Source of the DNA: a virus
Taxonomy: Duplodnaviria > Caudoviricetes
Direction: 5' to 3' (one strand)
Length of the DNA: 64,000 nt
Virus record (IMG/VR): IMGVR_UViG_3300042922_001473
The position numbers were made by a program, and so were the translations under genes. The notes below the pieces were generated by a model. It was given only the letters and a program-made list of their open reading frames with translations. It did not search any database and had not been told where the DNA came from. Of the stretch, positions 10,567 to 21,232 are shown one piece after another (position 1 is the stretch's first letter; every line of letters starts with the position of its first letter).

Positions 10567-11868
10567 CTAAACTCTTTTAAACTCAATAATATATTTGATT
10601 TTTACTTGACTTTCATTGTAAACAATATATTCGTTGTGTACTAACGTTCTACCTTTTTTACCCATTACTGAATTATATCCTCTTGGTGCATGAGTAAGTT
10701 GTGGTTGACCATCTTCATATTCTTTGATTTTGCCAGTTGCAACTTCACAAACAAACATGAAGTTTGTATCAAGTCCAGCATTGCTTGCTGTTCCAAAACC
10801 ATTCGCATAATTTCCTGATTTTGTTGAACAATCCGCAAAATATATGCCTGTCCCAAACAAACTACCTGTATGAACTGCAGAAGCAGGCTTTATTTTTAAT
10901 CCACTTTGCATTATAGAAAGCATGTTTTCATTTCTTGTTCCATGAAAAAGTGTTGAAGTTGTTACATTGTAAGGATTAAATTTATCATAACCAACCATAT
11001 CTTTAAATTCATAGATATCTTTAATATCGAACCCAAAATGGTGATTATGTCCTCTTGTAGTATTAACCCAATTTACTAAATCTTTATATGCTTTTGTTCT
11101 TGAGGAAAGTGCTATAAGTTTGATATTTAAAGAATTGTATTTATCTTGAATTGATTTTTCAAGACTATCATGTGCTTTAACTATAGAACTCATTACACCA
11201 AGTAAGTCTTTATTTCTGTTAAGCTTATTGTAATTATCAATTATGAAACTTTTGTAATCAATATTTCCTGTTCCAAAAACAACTGGAATAACTGAATAAA
11301 AATCATTTGTATAACTTTCTAAAATAGAGCCAGTTCTACCACTATCAAGAAGTGATTCGATTGTGTTAAGTATTTCAATACCTTCAGCAACCTGTGAGGT
11401 AGATAATTTTCCAAGTGGGGTGTCAATACTTTTTACAAGGTAATCTGTAGCAGAACTATATAGCTTTCCAATAAGTCTTAAAACTTTGTCTGTAATTTTA
11501 GACAAATCTTCTGCTTTGTTTTTGGTTGATACTTTTACAGCTTTTGCTGAAAATGAGTAGTTATCTGCTACATCAACTTTTCTGTATCCCTTATTTTCTT
11601 TTTCCTTCATAATTCCTCTATATTCATCTTCTGCTAAATACCTGCTGGTGTAATATCTTCCTTCTTTTCTTGGAGTTCTTCCACCAACCCTGCCATATTC
11701 AGTAAAAATCCTATACGGATATTGTCCTGTACCTGACTGTAGTTCAATAATGTAAAATTTGTTTGAATGTTCTGAAATTGAAGCCATATTTAATATTTCT
11801 TTTTGTAATACGCTAAAATTTTGAAAAAGTGGTTCATCTACAGAACCTATTCTAATTACATTTGCCAT
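10567..11868 (-). CDS. poly(ADP-ribose) polymerase-like protein (WGR + regulatory + catalytic domains)
   Basis: WGR-like NKFYIIEL..EYGRVG..KENKGY; regulatory PLGKLS..FYSVIP; catalytic FHGTR, GSLFGTGIYFADCSTKSGNY, HNEYIVY (H-Y-E triad). Confidence 0.9.
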   Translation of the reverse strand: MANVIRIGSVDEPLFQNFSVLQKEILNMASISEHSNKFYIIELQSGTGQYPYRIFTEYGRVGGRTPRKEGRYYTSRYLAEDEYRGIMKEKENKGYRKVDVADNYSFSAKAVKVSTKNKAEDLSKITDKVLRLIGKLYSSATDYLVKSIDTPLGKLSTSQVAEGIEILNTIESLLDSGRTGSILESYTNDFYSVIPVVFGTGNIDYKSFIIDNYNKLNRNKDLLGVMSSIVKAHDSLEKSIQDKYNSLNIKLIALSSRTKAYKDLVNWVNTTRGHNHHFGFDIKDIYEFKDMVGYDKFNPYNVTTSTLFHGTRNENMLSIMQSGLKIKPASAVHTGSLFGTGIYFADCSTKSGNYANGFGTASNAGLDTNFMFVCEVATGKIKEYEDGQPQLTHAPRGYNSVMGKKGRTLVHNEYIVYNESQVKIKYIIEFKRV

Positions 11869-12040
11869 AATAAATATTCTCCTGTTAAAATAGTTTTTTA
11901 CTTCCTTTTTTAATAAATCTTTTTCATTATATGCACTTATTAAGATAAATAAAAAAGAGAATGGACAAATTGTTGCTATGTAAATTTTCTTTAAAAAAGA
12001 GTTAATGAATTTTCACATTAACCCTTTACAAGAATTTATT

Positions 12041-13825
12041 TTATATAAAAACTTTTTCGTTTTTATAGATTATTTCATCAAGTTCGTCTGCTGTAAGAGA
12101 TTCTTTTTCTATTAATACATTAGCTATTTTTTCAAGAATGTGTTTATTCTTAGTTAATAAATCAACAGTTTCATTATAAAGTTCTAAAGAAAGTTTAGAA
12201 GCTTCATCTAATACAGATTTATTATCAACACTCATTTGGGTAAGATTTAACATCCCGAATTTGTCATTCATTCCATATGTGGATATCATTTGCTTTATAA
12301 TATTTGTTGCTTGCAATATATCATTTGAAGCTCCCGTAGTTATTAAGTCTTCATTTCCAAGTAATAATAACTCACCAACTCTACCTGCGTATCTAACCTT
12401 TACTTCGTTTTCTAATTCTGTCTTAGATAGTAGCCCCAATTTCTTTGGAGTTATAAAGGTAACACCACCAGCACCTGAAGTAGAAGGAATTATAGTTACT
12501 TTTTGTACTTCATTTTCCGTAATAAGTTTAGAACAAAGTGCATGTCCAGCCTCATGCCAAGAAATGAGTTTTATTTCTTCATCTTTTCTACTTCTATTTT
12601 TCTTTTTATCACCTTGCATAACAATTTTGTAATATGCGTCATCAATATCTTCTTGGTCAACTGCTTCTTTATTTTTTGTTACAGCAAGTATAGTCGCTTC
12701 ATTGAGCAATGATTCAAGTCCTGCTCCTGAGAATCCAATAGTAAGCTTTGAAAGTTGTTCAAAATTTATCTCTGGTGAAAGCTTTTTATTTTTTGCATGT
12801 ACTTTTAATATTTCTAATCTATCATTACTGTCTGGTAAATTAATAGCAATACGCTTATCAAATCTTCCTGGTCTTATTAAAGCTTCATCAAGGTTTTCAA
12901 TTCGGTTCGTGGCCGCAATAACTAAGACACCTTTACTTTCATCAAAACCGTCAAGTTCTTTTAACAGGGCATTTATAGTTTGGTCTTTTTCGGAGTTTTG
13001 TCCTTCTCCTCTTTTTGTTCCAACAGCGTCTATTTCGTCAATAAATATAATACATGGAGATTTTTTTCTTGCATTGTCGAATAAGCTTCTAACTCTTTTT
13101 GCACCCATACCTACAAACATTTCAACAAAATCAGAACCGCTTATGCTGAAAAAAGGAACTTTTGCCTCTCCTGCGATAGCTTTTGCTGTTAAAGTTTTAC
13201 CTGTTCCAGGAGGACCATAAAGAATTACGCCTTTTGGCATTTCAGCTCCCATATTAGTAAATTTTGTAGGGTTTTTAAGAAATTCCACAAGCTCAACCAT
13301 TTCAGCTTTTGCTTCATTATTACCTGCAATATTATCAAAAGTTACATTCGGTATCTTTTCTTGAGCTTCTTCCATGTTTTTTTGTGAACCCATGTTTTGA
13401 GAATATCTTTTAAACATATATAACATTAAAGCAACCATAACAACTGTTCTTAATGTATACCATATAAAATCTTCAACTTGATTAGCAGAAGAAGATATTT
13501 CCTCAACCTTTACATTTTTTTCAAGTAAACTTCTTTTAAATCCCTCACTTTTAGGATTGTCAGTAATGTAAATATTTTCATTCTTGTCAAAGAATGTTAT
13601 TTTCGGTGAACCTACATCAATTAAAACTTTTTCTACCGACTGAGAATTAACCATTTGCATAAATTCATTAAATGTTATTTCATTTATAGTATCTGTAGTA
13701 GCTTTTGATAAACTATTTCCTATAATCATAGAAATTAGTAATATTGTAATTATTACTACATACCAACCATTCTTTTTTAGCCATTTTAAAATTTTGTCAT
13801 AATTATCTTTCAATTTTTCCTCCAA
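12041..13825 (-). CDS. ftsH: ATP-dependent zinc metalloprotease FtsH
   Basis: Two N-terminal TMs, GPPGTGKT, IFIDEID, RPGRFD, HEAGH, GASNDI; GGAGG RBS suggests the real start is TTG at 13813. Confidence 0.95.
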   Translation of the reverse strand: MEEKLKDNYDKILKWLKKNGWYVVIITILLISMIIGNSLSKATTDTINEITFNEFMQMVNSQSVEKVLIDVGSPKITFFDKNENIYITDNPKSEGFKRSLLEKNVKVEEISSSANQVEDFIWYTLRTVVMVALMLYMFKRYSQNMGSQKNMEEAQEKIPNVTFDNIAGNNEAKAEMVELVEFLKNPTKFTNMGAEMPKGVILYGPPGTGKTLTAKAIAGEAKVPFFSISGSDFVEMFVGMGAKRVRSLFDNARKKSPCIIFIDEIDAVGTKRGEGQNSEKDQTINALLKELDGFDESKGVLVIAATNRIENLDEALIRPGRFDKRIAINLPDSNDRLEILKVHAKNKKLSPEINFEQLSKLTIGFSGAGLESLLNEATILAVTKNKEAVDQEDIDDAYYKIVMQGDKKKNRSRKDEEIKLISWHEAGHALCSKLITENEVQKVTIIPSTSGAGGVTFITPKKLGLLSKTELENEVKVRYAGRVGELLLLGNEDLITTGASNDILQATNIIKQMISTYGMNDKFGMLNLTQMSVDNKSVLDEASKLSLELYNETVDLLTKNKHILEKIANVLIEKESLTADELDEIIYKNEKVFI

Positions 13826-13872
13826 TTCAATTATCTTTAATTTATTTGATAATAGTATTATACACTATATCA

Positions 13873-13886
13873 TTGACAATAGTCAA
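13873..13886. promoter_or_regulatory. palindromic operator TTGACAATAGTCAA overlapping the ftsH -35 box
   Basis: Minus strand reads TTGACT-N18-TATAAT; member of the repeated motif family. Confidence 0.7.
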
Positions 13887-13962
13887 CATTAAATTATAAC
13901 AACATATAGTATTTAGAAAAACAAAAAAATAAAAGCACTTACAAGTACTTTTATTTTTAATA

Positions 13963-14541
13963 TTATGCAACTTTTACTCTATATAATCTATCAAATTGTT
14001 CCTTCGTACAGCCATAATCAAATAAATAAAATTTTCCGTCTGAGTAACCCCATGAAGATAATTTTAAAACATCTCCCTCTAATAAATCATAACCATAAAT
14101 TAAAGTGTAAATATCTCCATATAATTCACTATTTTCAACTTCATTAACTAATTTTTCAGGAACAATGTGCTTATATAAATATTTTTCTGTATAATATTTT
14201 TTAATATTATTAAAATGTTTTTTAAACCTTTTAATTTCTTTTTTATCTTCTTCTGAAATATTTTTCAGTTTGGTAAGCGGTGTTACTTTTTTCATTATAA
14301 GTATATTATCATTTTTCGAAATGTCAAAAATAGGACATAATATGTCAACATGGTCGCTTAAATTAGTATATATGTCAAATTCAGTACTGTTTTGCATTTC
14401 GCCTTTACTATTATTTATAGCATATTTAATTACTATTTCTCCTGCATCAAAAACTTTTCTACTTGAACCTTTACCAATAAAAGGGTATAACTTAGAAATT
14501 TTGCTCAATTTTTGACTATATAATCCTTCGTAACTATTCAT
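13963..14541 (-). CDS. protein-kinase-like fold protein
   Basis: Gly-rich IGKGSSRKVF, VIK lysine, helix C Glu (STEF), DFG-like DYG. Confidence 0.55.
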   Translation of the reverse strand: MNSYEGLYSQKLSKISKLYPFIGKGSSRKVFDAGEIVIKYAINNSKGEMQNSTEFDIYTNLSDHVDILCPIFDISKNDNILIMKKVTPLTKLKNISEEDKKEIKRFKKHFNNIKKYYTEKYLYKHIVPEKLVNEVENSELYGDIYTLIYGYDLLEGDVLKLSSWGYSDGKFYLFDYGCTKEQFDRLYRVKVA

Positions 14542-14778
14542 AATCTTCTCCTATGTAAAATAATTTTAAAATCACCTTTTATATAAATATGTAATATTTT
14601 ACTTTATCAGGGTTGAAATTATTCGAACTGTAAGTGAATATGACGTGATTGCAAGATTATAAGATTACATTAATTTACATATCATAAAACATAACCTTAT
14701 AAATATGTTTGGTGACTTAATTGTTATCTATACAAGGTTAAATACTTTATATAGTAAAGAAATTTTGGAGGAAAGATT

Positions 14779-14994
14779 ATGGGTATCGTATTGAGAGGTA
14801 TTGTAGATTTTGTAAGTCGTGCATTGTCAGGAGATAGAGATGTGTTGTTTGTTATAGAAGGAATTGTGCTCTTATTTGCAATTATCCTCATGGTATTTGT
14901 GTTTAAAACATTGGTTATTGATGGTATTTTAGTTCTGTTTGAAAGTATATCAGAATCAATAACAGAAGCTATGACTATCGAAATAGGATTATAA
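14779..14994 (+). CDS. small membrane protein
   Basis: GGAGG RBS, hydrophobic core, terminator downstream. Confidence 0.6.
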   Translation: MGIVLRGIVDFVSRALSGDRDVLFVIEGIVLLFAIILMVFVFKTLVIDGILVLFESISESITEAMTIEIGL

Positions 14995-15700
14995 GAGAGA
15001 AGTAGGGAAGGTAAAAAAGGGCGTAAGCTCTTTTTTAATACACTTATATTGGTTCTCGATTTTGTCTCATTTAAATAGCATATTGATATAAAAGCTTATT
15101 CTCAAATTGCGTTACAAAATAAGTAAAAAAATAGAGGACAAAATTATCCTCTATGAGCCTTATATGACGAACTAAAGTTTAGTTTAATTGCTTATTTGCC
15201 ATGTTAATATATTATTAATAGGTACAAATGTTCCTTTACCTTTTTCATCATAAAGAGTTTCATAATAAAGCTTATCCATACCCTGAGTATGGTCTTGCCA
15301 TACTATTTGTACATGTATATTGTTTACAGTTCTGTCTTTGAACATGATTGTTAGTTTCATATAATTCCCCTTTCTTAACTACCTTAATATTAATTGATTT
15401 GCCTGTTAAAATTGTTCTATGCGAACAACAATATTTTTATTTACACTATATCATATACATTTGTGTTTTTCGTTATAACCGAGACAGTAGCCAGATTTAA
15501 TGCATTTATTATATATAGTTACAACAAGAAAAGCTAAAAATCAGAATATCAATATTTTAATTTCACCCATAAAACATTACCATATTCTTGAATTCAGAAT
15601 ATGGTAATGTTTTAATTAAATGGTTATGGTAGAAATAATTTATGTTTTCTTAATAACTTTAATATAATAATTATATATCAAAATAATGGAGGCGTTTTAA

Positions 15701-16015
15701 ATGGAACAAATGAAAGATATCAATGAATTAGGAAATATTTTAGAAAATAATAAAGTATCAGTAGTATTCTTTTCAGCAGAATGGTGTCATAATTGCAAAG
15801 CTTTAGAACCTACAAAAGAAGAACTTATATCAGAAATGAAAGATAAAGTTGCTTTTGCACAAGTTGGAGCTGATACAACACCAGATATTTGTAAAAAATA
15901 CAGAGTTATGGGACTTCCTACTACTTTAATTTTTAAAGACGGAGAAATGAAAGAGTCAATAGTTGGTATAAAAACAAAGGAATTTTTTACTGATAAAATT
16001 TCTGAACAATTCTAA
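15701..16015 (+). CDS. trxA: thioredoxin
   Basis: FSAEWCHNCK (CxxC), cis-Pro motif GLPT, FKDG. Confidence 0.9.
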   Translation: MEQMKDINELGNILENNKVSVVFFSAEWCHNCKALEPTKEELISEMKDKVAFAQVGADTTPDICKKYRVMGLPTTLIFKDGEMKESIVGIKTKEFFTDKISEQF

Positions 16016-16451
16016 AATTTACTTAAAAGGTAGCTTAAAAAGAGAGAATATGATTAACTTTAACGAGGTAACAAAAAAAGCATGTAATTTTATAAAATTA
16101 CATGCTTTAAATTTATATTACTTTGTATAATATAATTTGAATTAGATAACCAAAAGTAATTTCCTTTTAGTAGAATTTGTGGTATAATGTAGAAAAGTGC
16201 AAACCAATCTAATGTATTATCTGAAATAGTTCTTCTGATAATTGCAGAATATTATTTTTTAAATATTATTTTAATTTTACACTTTTACCATTAAATGAAT
16301 AAAATAATCGCATAGATAAAAAAATAATATACTTATGGCATATTTATATAAATTAGAAAAATATCATGGAGATAAGATATAACAAAAAATTAAAATGTAA
16401 TTGGGTGGCACACTATTACTTTGAATTTTTAAATCTAAAGGAGGTAGTCTA

Positions 16452-17549
16452 ATGAATTATAATACAATAACTATTGTATTATTGGTAACTATTATAATAT
16501 TTTTAGTATTGAAATTAAAGAATATTAGTAAAGGACAAACACCAGGGCTATTTTTTATAGCTTTGGGTGGAGGATTAATTTCTTCTTCATTTCCAAGTTT
16601 AAGTGATAGAATAATAAATTTGGGAGAAAAAATTTTAGTTAGCAATAGTATACCAAATTTAAATGATACAAATTATACATCACTTATTAGTGGTTTTATA
16701 TTAATTGTTATAGGAATTTATTATAATCAAAATGTAAAGGACAGATTTTTTTTACTTAATATACTAAGCAAAGATAGAAGATTAATAAATGATAAGAATA
16801 CGATAAAAGAACTAAACGTATCCGATTTTAAATTAAAAGAATGTCAAATTGACGTAGTGACGATGTTTAATGATGCAAATAATATGACACAAAGTTCATG
16901 TAAATATATAGCTGAAGAAATAGAAGAAAAAACTAAGGACTTTATTAGTCAAAGCAATGATTTTAAAAAAGCTTTTACAGGCATGTTTTCAATCCCTTTT
17001 ACTATCTTGGCAGGTACTTATTTATCTGCAACTGGAATAGATGAATACTTTGAATATAATCGCAACAAGAATAAGTATTATTCTCTAAAAGTAAAAAAAT
17101 GGAGTATAAAAAAAGGAGGGTATCCATGTTTAAATATAACTACACAAAATACTAATGTTCAATCATCAGAAGTAATAGTTGCTATATCCATAACTAAGAA
17201 TGTAACTGATGGAGATTTGATACAGTTTGGAAATAAAGATTCCATAAAAATAGAGCTTCAATCCACAGGTGATAATGTAATAGAATATAGAGAGCAATTA
17301 GATGGTTATACAAAGCTAATAGTTGATACTATTGAGAATTTAAAGGCAACCTATTCCAATTTAGAAACAGTTCATTTGGTAGGGGCAATTCCAAGTTGTT
17401 TATCTATTGAATTGGGCAGAAGGATAAGTCTAAATAGGAATAGGTTGCCACAAATAATAAGTTATCATTTTAAGTATGGGAATACACCAAAATACAGTTT
17501 TGGATTAGTAGTTACTGAGAAAGATAAAGGAAAACTAATTGAAGTATAG
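16452..17549 (+). CDS. CBASS effector: N-terminal TM helices + SAVED domain
   Basis: Hydrophobic N-terminus; SAVED-like IPFTILAG, VAISIT, VHLVGAIPSCLSIELGR; directly upstream of a CD-NTase. Confidence 0.85.
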   Translation: MNYNTITIVLLVTIIIFLVLKLKNISKGQTPGLFFIALGGGLISSSFPSLSDRIINLGEKILVSNSIPNLNDTNYTSLISGFILIVIGIYYNQNVKDRFFLLNILSKDRRLINDKNTIKELNVSDFKLKECQIDVVTMFNDANNMTQSSCKYIAEEIEEKTKDFISQSNDFKKAFTGMFSIPFTILAGTYLSATGIDEYFEYNRNKNKYYSLKVKKWSIKKGGYPCLNITTQNTNVQSSEVIVAISITKNVTDGDLIQFGNKDSIKIELQSTGDNVIEYREQLDGYTKLIVDTIENLKATYSNLETVHLVGAIPSCLSIELGRRISLNRNRLPQIISYHFKYGNTPKYSFGLVVTEKDKGKLIEV

Positions 17550-17565
17550 GGGGACTTGAGAATTC

Positions 17566-18984
17566 ATGTATGATTTATCATTAGATTTTAAGAAATTTTA
17601 TTATAATAAAGTTGTATTACCCAAAGAAGAGAAAAACAATCTCAGGGAAAAGAAAAAACTAAATATTCAAAGACTTAGAGATGGTCTTGACGAATACAAT
17701 GCCCAAAATAAAACAAATTATAAAATTGCAGAAACATTAGAGCAAGGTAGCGTAGCGATGTCAACAGTAACTCAAAATGAAGAAAATGACTATGATATTG
17801 ATATTGCTATTGTATTTGATGATACAAATTTAGATGGATTAGGACACATTGCTGTTAAAAATGTAATAGTGGATGCACTAAAAAGAAAATGCATATGTTT
17901 TAAAACTCCACCAGAGGCAAAAACTAATTGTGTAAGAATAGTATATTCAGATAATTACCATATAGATTTTGCTATATATAGAAGAACGAAGAATGACGAT
18001 GACAGTTATAGCTACGAACATGCAGGAGGTAGTGCGTGGAGAGCAAGAGACCCAAGAGCAATTAACAATTGGTTTAAAGATGAAATAAAAATTCATGGTG
18101 AAAAATTAAGACAATCAATAAGACTTTCAAAGATGTTTTGCAAATCAAGAAGTAATTGGGAGATGCCAGGAGGATTAATTCAATCTGTATTAAATGATGA
18201 AAAGATTCAGAATTATGATAGGATAGATGAAATGTTCTATTATACAATGAAAGAAGTGTTGGAACGATTAGAAAATGATATAGAAGTTTATAATCCTACA
18301 AATACTGACCAAACACTGTTGTTAAAAAGTTCAGATAGAGATAAAATGAATAACTTAACTAATAGACTTAAAACTTATTTAAGTAAATTAGATATTTTAT
18401 TTGATGATAAATGTACTCTAAAAAAAGCTATTGAAGCATGGTATGAATTTTTTCAACATGATTTTTGGACTTATGATGAAGAAAATGAAAAAAGAGCTTA
18501 TGCTTTAGCTGAATCTTGTAATTTGAAAAAATCTTCTAATGTAGATTTAATTGAATTTGATGATACAGAAGAATTTATCAGAAACATAATGCCTGTAGAA
18601 GATAAATATTCTATAAAACTTGACTGTAGAGTCAAAGAATTTGAAGTTAAAAACAACAAAATAATTATTAAGCAAATAACAAAGTTATCAACGTTAAATA
18701 ATTTAGGTAAAAAAATTTCATTAGGAAGAAAGTTGGAATTTTATTTAGATATTAATAGAGTGCCATACCCTTATGAAGTTTATTGGAAAGTAAAAAATAA
18801 TGGATATGAGGCTGAAAAACTTAATTGTATTCGAGGTCAAATATTTAAAAATCCAAAAGCACCTTATGACATTTTAGAAGAGGAAAGTAGCTTTTGGGGC
18901 AACCATTATGTAGAATGTTATATTGTAAAAAATGGTATATGTGTAGCAAAAGATAGAGTTGAAGTGCCTATTGCAATTTATTAG
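17566..18984 (+). CDS. CBASS cyclic oligonucleotide synthase (CD-NTase/SMODS) with C-terminal AGS-C domain
   Basis: QGSVAMST..DYDIDIAI, CVRI.Y..HIDFA; C-terminal YWKVKNNG..RGQI..GNHYVECYIVKNG is typical of AGS-C. Confidence 0.9.
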   Translation: MYDLSLDFKKFYYNKVVLPKEEKNNLREKKKLNIQRLRDGLDEYNAQNKTNYKIAETLEQGSVAMSTVTQNEENDYDIDIAIVFDDTNLDGLGHIAVKNVIVDALKRKCICFKTPPEAKTNCVRIVYSDNYHIDFAIYRRTKNDDDSYSYEHAGGSAWRARDPRAINNWFKDEIKIHGEKLRQSIRLSKMFCKSRSNWEMPGGLIQSVLNDEKIQNYDRIDEMFYYTMKEVLERLENDIEVYNPTNTDQTLLLKSSDRDKMNNLTNRLKTYLSKLDILFDDKCTLKKAIEAWYEFFQHDFWTYDEENEKRAYALAESCNLKKSSNVDLIEFDDTEEFIRNIMPVEDKYSIKLDCRVKEFEVKNNKIIIKQITKLSTLNNLGKKISLGRKLEFYLDINRVPYPYEVYWKVKNNGYEAEKLNCIRGQIFKNPKAPYDILEEESSFWGNHYVECYIVKNGICVAKDRVEVPIAIY

Positions 18985-19055
18985 CACTTAAAAGTAAATA
19001 ATAAAGAAAGACTTGTTAATTTAGTTATAACAGGTCTTTTTTATTTAATATTAAA

Positions 19056-19733
19056 TTAGTTGTTACTGTTATACTCATATGAAAGTATATCCCTTTTAAA
19101 AATTTTGCCGATAAAAGAATACATTTTTGTAAAAATACTTTCTTTTTCTGGTTGACTTGCAACTTCACAAACAAATTCATAAAATTCTTTCCAATCGTGA
19201 ATACGCTTATTATCTTCTAAATGCAAGTATTTTTCAGACAACATACGATTCCATGGTTGGTCAAATATTGTTGGATATTTACTTTTTGAAACCACAATAT
19301 TATGAAGACCATCATCTAATGCAATATCTGCAAATAATAAGTCTTTTCTTGATATTGGAATAATATTTTCCTCTGGAATAGTAGGATAACATTCTTTTAT
19401 ACATTCAATTTTATCAAGAATTGCACATACTGGGGAAGCAGTTGCTACAACAATATCATGTCCATCTTCAATTAATTTTGCAACATAATATTGAGAATCT
19501 GGCAATGGTTCTAAGTTTCTAAAGAACCCTTTTTCATTAAAATATTTATTCATATCAGTTCCTGGAAGTTGTACCTTTTTAAGATTTCCTGCTAAAATGT
19601 TTTCATATTTAATATCAGTACCATATTCTTTGTTGTACTTTTCTAATACTTTTTTCATGCAATCTAAAAGAACGCCATCGCTATCAAGTATTATATGTAA
19701 CTTTTTAAAATTCTTTTTATTTTTTAAAAACAT
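19056..19733 (-). CDS. 5'(3')-deoxyribonucleotidase (HAD, NT5C-like)
   Basis: LDSDGVL, GFFRNLEP, VATA, K..LDD, PWN. Confidence 0.85.
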   Translation of the reverse strand: MFLKNKKNFKKLHIILDSDGVLLDCMKKVLEKYNKEYGTDIKYENILAGNLKKVQLPGTDMNKYFNEKGFFRNLEPLPDSQYYVAKLIEDGHDIVVATASPVCAILDKIECIKECYPTIPEENIIPISRKDLLFADIALDDGLHNIVVSKSKYPTIFDQPWNRMLSEKYLHLEDNKRIHDWKEFYEFVCEVASQPEKESIFTKMYSFIGKIFKRDILSYEYNSNN

Positions 19734-20070
19734 AACTTCATACTCCTAATTAATTTATTTATTTAAAATGCCTTGGTTGTAAATTTGTATATTATACTTG
19801 AAGTTTAATTAAAAAATTCAAATACTAAGAAGCTTTAATTTATTGACGAATCCAGTTTACTAACAAATTCTATACAGACAATAGACGACTAACAAAAGTA
19901 ATTATACTATAAACAATAAAATTTGTAAATATAGAATTTAAGTTTAACAAGGAATTAAAAAGCAATGAAACAACTAAAATATAAGAGTACATTTTAAACA
20001 AGGAATATAATATATATATTAGCTGGTTAGAAATAATAAAGTTAGGATTATCATAAGGGAGAGTGATACT

Positions 20071-21087
20071 ATGAAACAATTAATTTTTTGTGACCTTGAA
20101 TTAACACAAGGTTTAAAGCATCAAAGATATTTTAGTCCCGAAGTAATCCAGATAGGTGCAACTAAAGTAGATAAGGATTTTAAAGAAATAAGTAGATTTA
20201 ATAGATATGTTAAGCCTATTAGAAATCCATATTTAAATGAGTATCTTATGGCTAAAACGGGTATAAGTCAATATGTAATAAATCACGCAGACACTTTAAA
20301 TATAGTTTTAAAAGAATTTGAAGATTGGATAGGAGATATAAATAATACTTCCTTTATCTTTTGGGGTAAGGAAGATGTTAAAGTTCTTGGAGATGAAATT
20401 AGAGATAAAGGTTATAATGGCAATCTTTCTATCAATAAGTATTTTAACTTCCAAAGTTATCTTCAAAGTAAACTTGCAAGACCGATTTCTTTAAAAAATG
20501 GATTAGAAACTTTTAAAATACCAGTTGAAGGAACATTGCATGATGCATTATGGGATGCTATTAATATGAAAAATTTATATATTCAGACAATAATAGCTAC
20601 TGATAGTGTAAATAAACTATGGTTTGAGGGAAAAATTGTTTTTATTATTAAGCAATTTGAAGAAATAATTGAATATTTGAATAGCACAAATAATGTCTTT
20701 AGTATTGAAATAAAAAATCTAACTATCTTCATTAATAAATGCAGGTTACTACTTGAACTTATTAATAATTTCTCAGACGAAGAGAGAGAAGTAAAACTTA
20801 ATTCGTTAAGAAAAGAGATTGAATTTTTGACAAATGAGATGGAAGAATTAATAATATCTCAATTTAGAAAAGACACTATGGCTTTTCAGTTTGCAGTAAT
20901 TAAAAAACAAATACCTAAAAACTTCGAAAACAAAGGACAAATGGTACAGCAGTGGAGCATTATATCAAAAAAATATAAATATTTTTCTCAAAAGCGTTCA
21001 GGGACTTACGCAACTCACTTTTATAGGGTAAGAGACATGTATAAGAGAGTGGGAGATGGTGTTTATTCATTATGTAGACAAAATTAA
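20071..21087 (+). CDS. DEDDh 3'-5' exonuclease (KapD/ERI-like) with helical extension
   Basis: CDLE, EVIQIGA, YVKP, WG..D, HDALWDA. Confidence 0.85.
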   Translation: MKQLIFCDLELTQGLKHQRYFSPEVIQIGATKVDKDFKEISRFNRYVKPIRNPYLNEYLMAKTGISQYVINHADTLNIVLKEFEDWIGDINNTSFIFWGKEDVKVLGDEIRDKGYNGNLSINKYFNFQSYLQSKLARPISLKNGLETFKIPVEGTLHDALWDAINMKNLYIQTIIATDSVNKLWFEGKIVFIIKQFEEIIEYLNSTNNVFSIEIKNLTIFINKCRLLLELINNFSDEEREVKLNSLRKEIEFLTNEMEELIISQFRKDTMAFQFAVIKKQIPKNFENKGQMVQQWSIISKKYKYFSQKRSGTYATHFYRVRDMYKRVGDGVYSLCRQN

Positions 21088-21232
21088 GATATTTATGCTT
21101 AGTAAAAATAGAAAACATATATAATTTTATATATGTTTTCTGATATTACAAAACTTAAATACTTTGCAAAATATAAAAATGGTGTATAATATAAATATAT
21201 GTATCAAAAATACATATAAAAAGGAGGTTTAA

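Noticed and set aside
12261-13220. Plus-strand ORFs inside ftsH (also shadows at 30064, 31463, 38626, 40276, 41320, 55860 and 63549)
   Set aside because: Antisense shadows of well-supported genes, without RBS.
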